Below are positions 62,530 through 64,000 of a DNA stretch of 64,000 nt, in pieces (the first letter of the stretch is position 1; each line of letters opens with the position of its first letter). The notes under the pieces are model-generated. The model was not told the DNA's origin. It did not search any database and was given only the letters and a program-made list of their open reading frames with translations. This stretch comes from Nemertoderma westbladi (taxonomy: Eukaryota; Animalia; Xenacoelomorpha). The position numbers were made by a program, and so were the translations under genes. The stretch spans positions 5,069-69,068 of the forward strand of contig JAUCBJ010001883.1 of the NCBI GenBank assembly GCA_032718475.1. The letters are read 5' to 3'.

Positions 62530-64000
62530 TAGAGCCTTTACCGTGTCAGTGAATTTATATTTCGCGATTAACCATAAAAAAGTTTGTAAGTTTAATTGAA
62601 TAAATTGATTGAGTATTGAGTTTTGCTGGGAGTAATCAGTTTGGTATGTATTTTGTTTCGTCAAGTCACCTTATGTTCTCTGAATCTGAAACTTCATTGT
62701 ACATTTTGATTACGTCACAAGACAACCCCCCCCCCCCCCCCCCCCCCCCCCCATCTGCCGTATATAACATTAGGCGTTACATACAGTGCATACATACATA
62801 ATAGAGAATATGGTAGGCGGAACAACCTTGTAAAAGCTTCTGTGGGATATAACTGGCCCCTTTTGCTTCGCAATCCAGTTTCCCCCCAGGCGCTGGAATA
62901 CTCTAACAGTTTCTAACAACTCTAACACTCTAACTAACAGTTTCAGAATCTGCACATACTGTAGTTTGTTTAGGCTTGATAGTAGTCTGCCAGCGTTTGG
63001 TTTGTATTTGTTTGAGTATTCTGTACGGGTAGCGTAATATTTATTATTCAGAGTTTATGCGATTATTCGCAACATTCATGTCCCCAAGTTTATTCCTACA
63101 GTAATTGTGCTTGTTATACATACCGTTATAGTTAAACTAACCCCGGTACTACATCAGGGCTGCTCGGCGTAGGTAAAGACTGGAGACTTTGTGCTTCGGT
63201 CACTCCAGCAGATGCCGTGGTTCTTTTAACTGTTCAAGTATATTTAACTACTGATTATTTGTTATACCGGTACTTGTACCTAATTTAGGGTTTAGTGTAC
63301 AGTGCTTTCCGAAGTAATTAGTGTAGGCAGTATATTTGTGTTGTAAAGTGGTTGATAGGCACATTCGTTAGCTCTATTAGCTTCTGGGTAGGAACAATCC
63401 GTGATACATAACGTAGTACCTATAGCGATACGGTTATAGGTCGTCAGGCGGTGGTATTTTCCTATCTGGACAGTACAATATATTTACTACTACTTATTAT
63501 TTCAAATACCGTAGTACCCTGTCCGTTGTAATAACCAGAATTCTAACCCTTTGTTAGGCTGGTTTGTAGACTTCCTGTAAAATTACCCTAAAAATTTCGT
63601 ACGTAATATTTTGTTGTGTTTAATTAGAGAATTAATCTCACCCGTATCGTAAGTAATTTGTAGTATTAAGTAACTTAGGTAAATTAGAATTATCAGTTTT
63701 AGTGTCAAATAAATAGCACTTCACTGAGAGGCGTTCAGCTTCTGTGTAGTGACTCCCCCAGAAATAATAACATTTATTTCAAATATTGACAAAAACCCAT
63801 ATAAACGGGTATATAAATATTATAAATCAAATCAAACGATTTATAAATAGTAGGCCTGTCATACAACAACTAGGTCTCAAAATCAGTTGGACTACTGCTT
63901 AAATAACGGTAACAAAGTAAGTTAAAGTAACCAAGTAGCCCTAAAATATTCAGAGATTCAATTATTCTAAAATAATTGACATACCGGTACTCACTATAGG

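Overview
This is AT-rich animal genomic DNA (probably invertebrate), made almost entirely of nested transposable elements. Main item: an 18.4-kb BEL/Pao LTR retrotransposon (4927-23290, minus strand, 5-bp TSD ACACA, LTRs about 99% identical). It has several unusual features. The termini are TA...TA rather than TG...CA. There is no tRNA primer-binding site; instead the 12 nt abutting the 5' LTR are exactly complementary to a 12-mer inside the LTR, suggesting self-priming. U3 carries a tRNA-derived Pol III cassette. A quasi-palindromic 20-mer is dispersed nine times through the element. An intact 1241-aa third ORF in the env position encodes a WRN/Mut-7/RNase D-like DEDDy 3'-5' exonuclease plus CCHC zinc knuckles and has its own splice acceptor. 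Also present: a young intact Mag-like Gypsy nested in the LTR of a decayed CsRN1-like Gypsy, RTE and CRE LINE fragments, many MITEs, a small Helitron, and 15-, 48- and 68-bp tandem arrays. A probable host gene absent from the ORF track spans the window on the minus strand: a signal-peptide exon (57138-57203) and a terminal exon (2082-2285) encoding KR-ELLCPEDPHLMCYL-GKR. Together they suggest a disulfide-bridged amidated peptide precursor with about 55 kb of TE-filled intron. All family assignments come from motif recognition by eye; no database searches were run.
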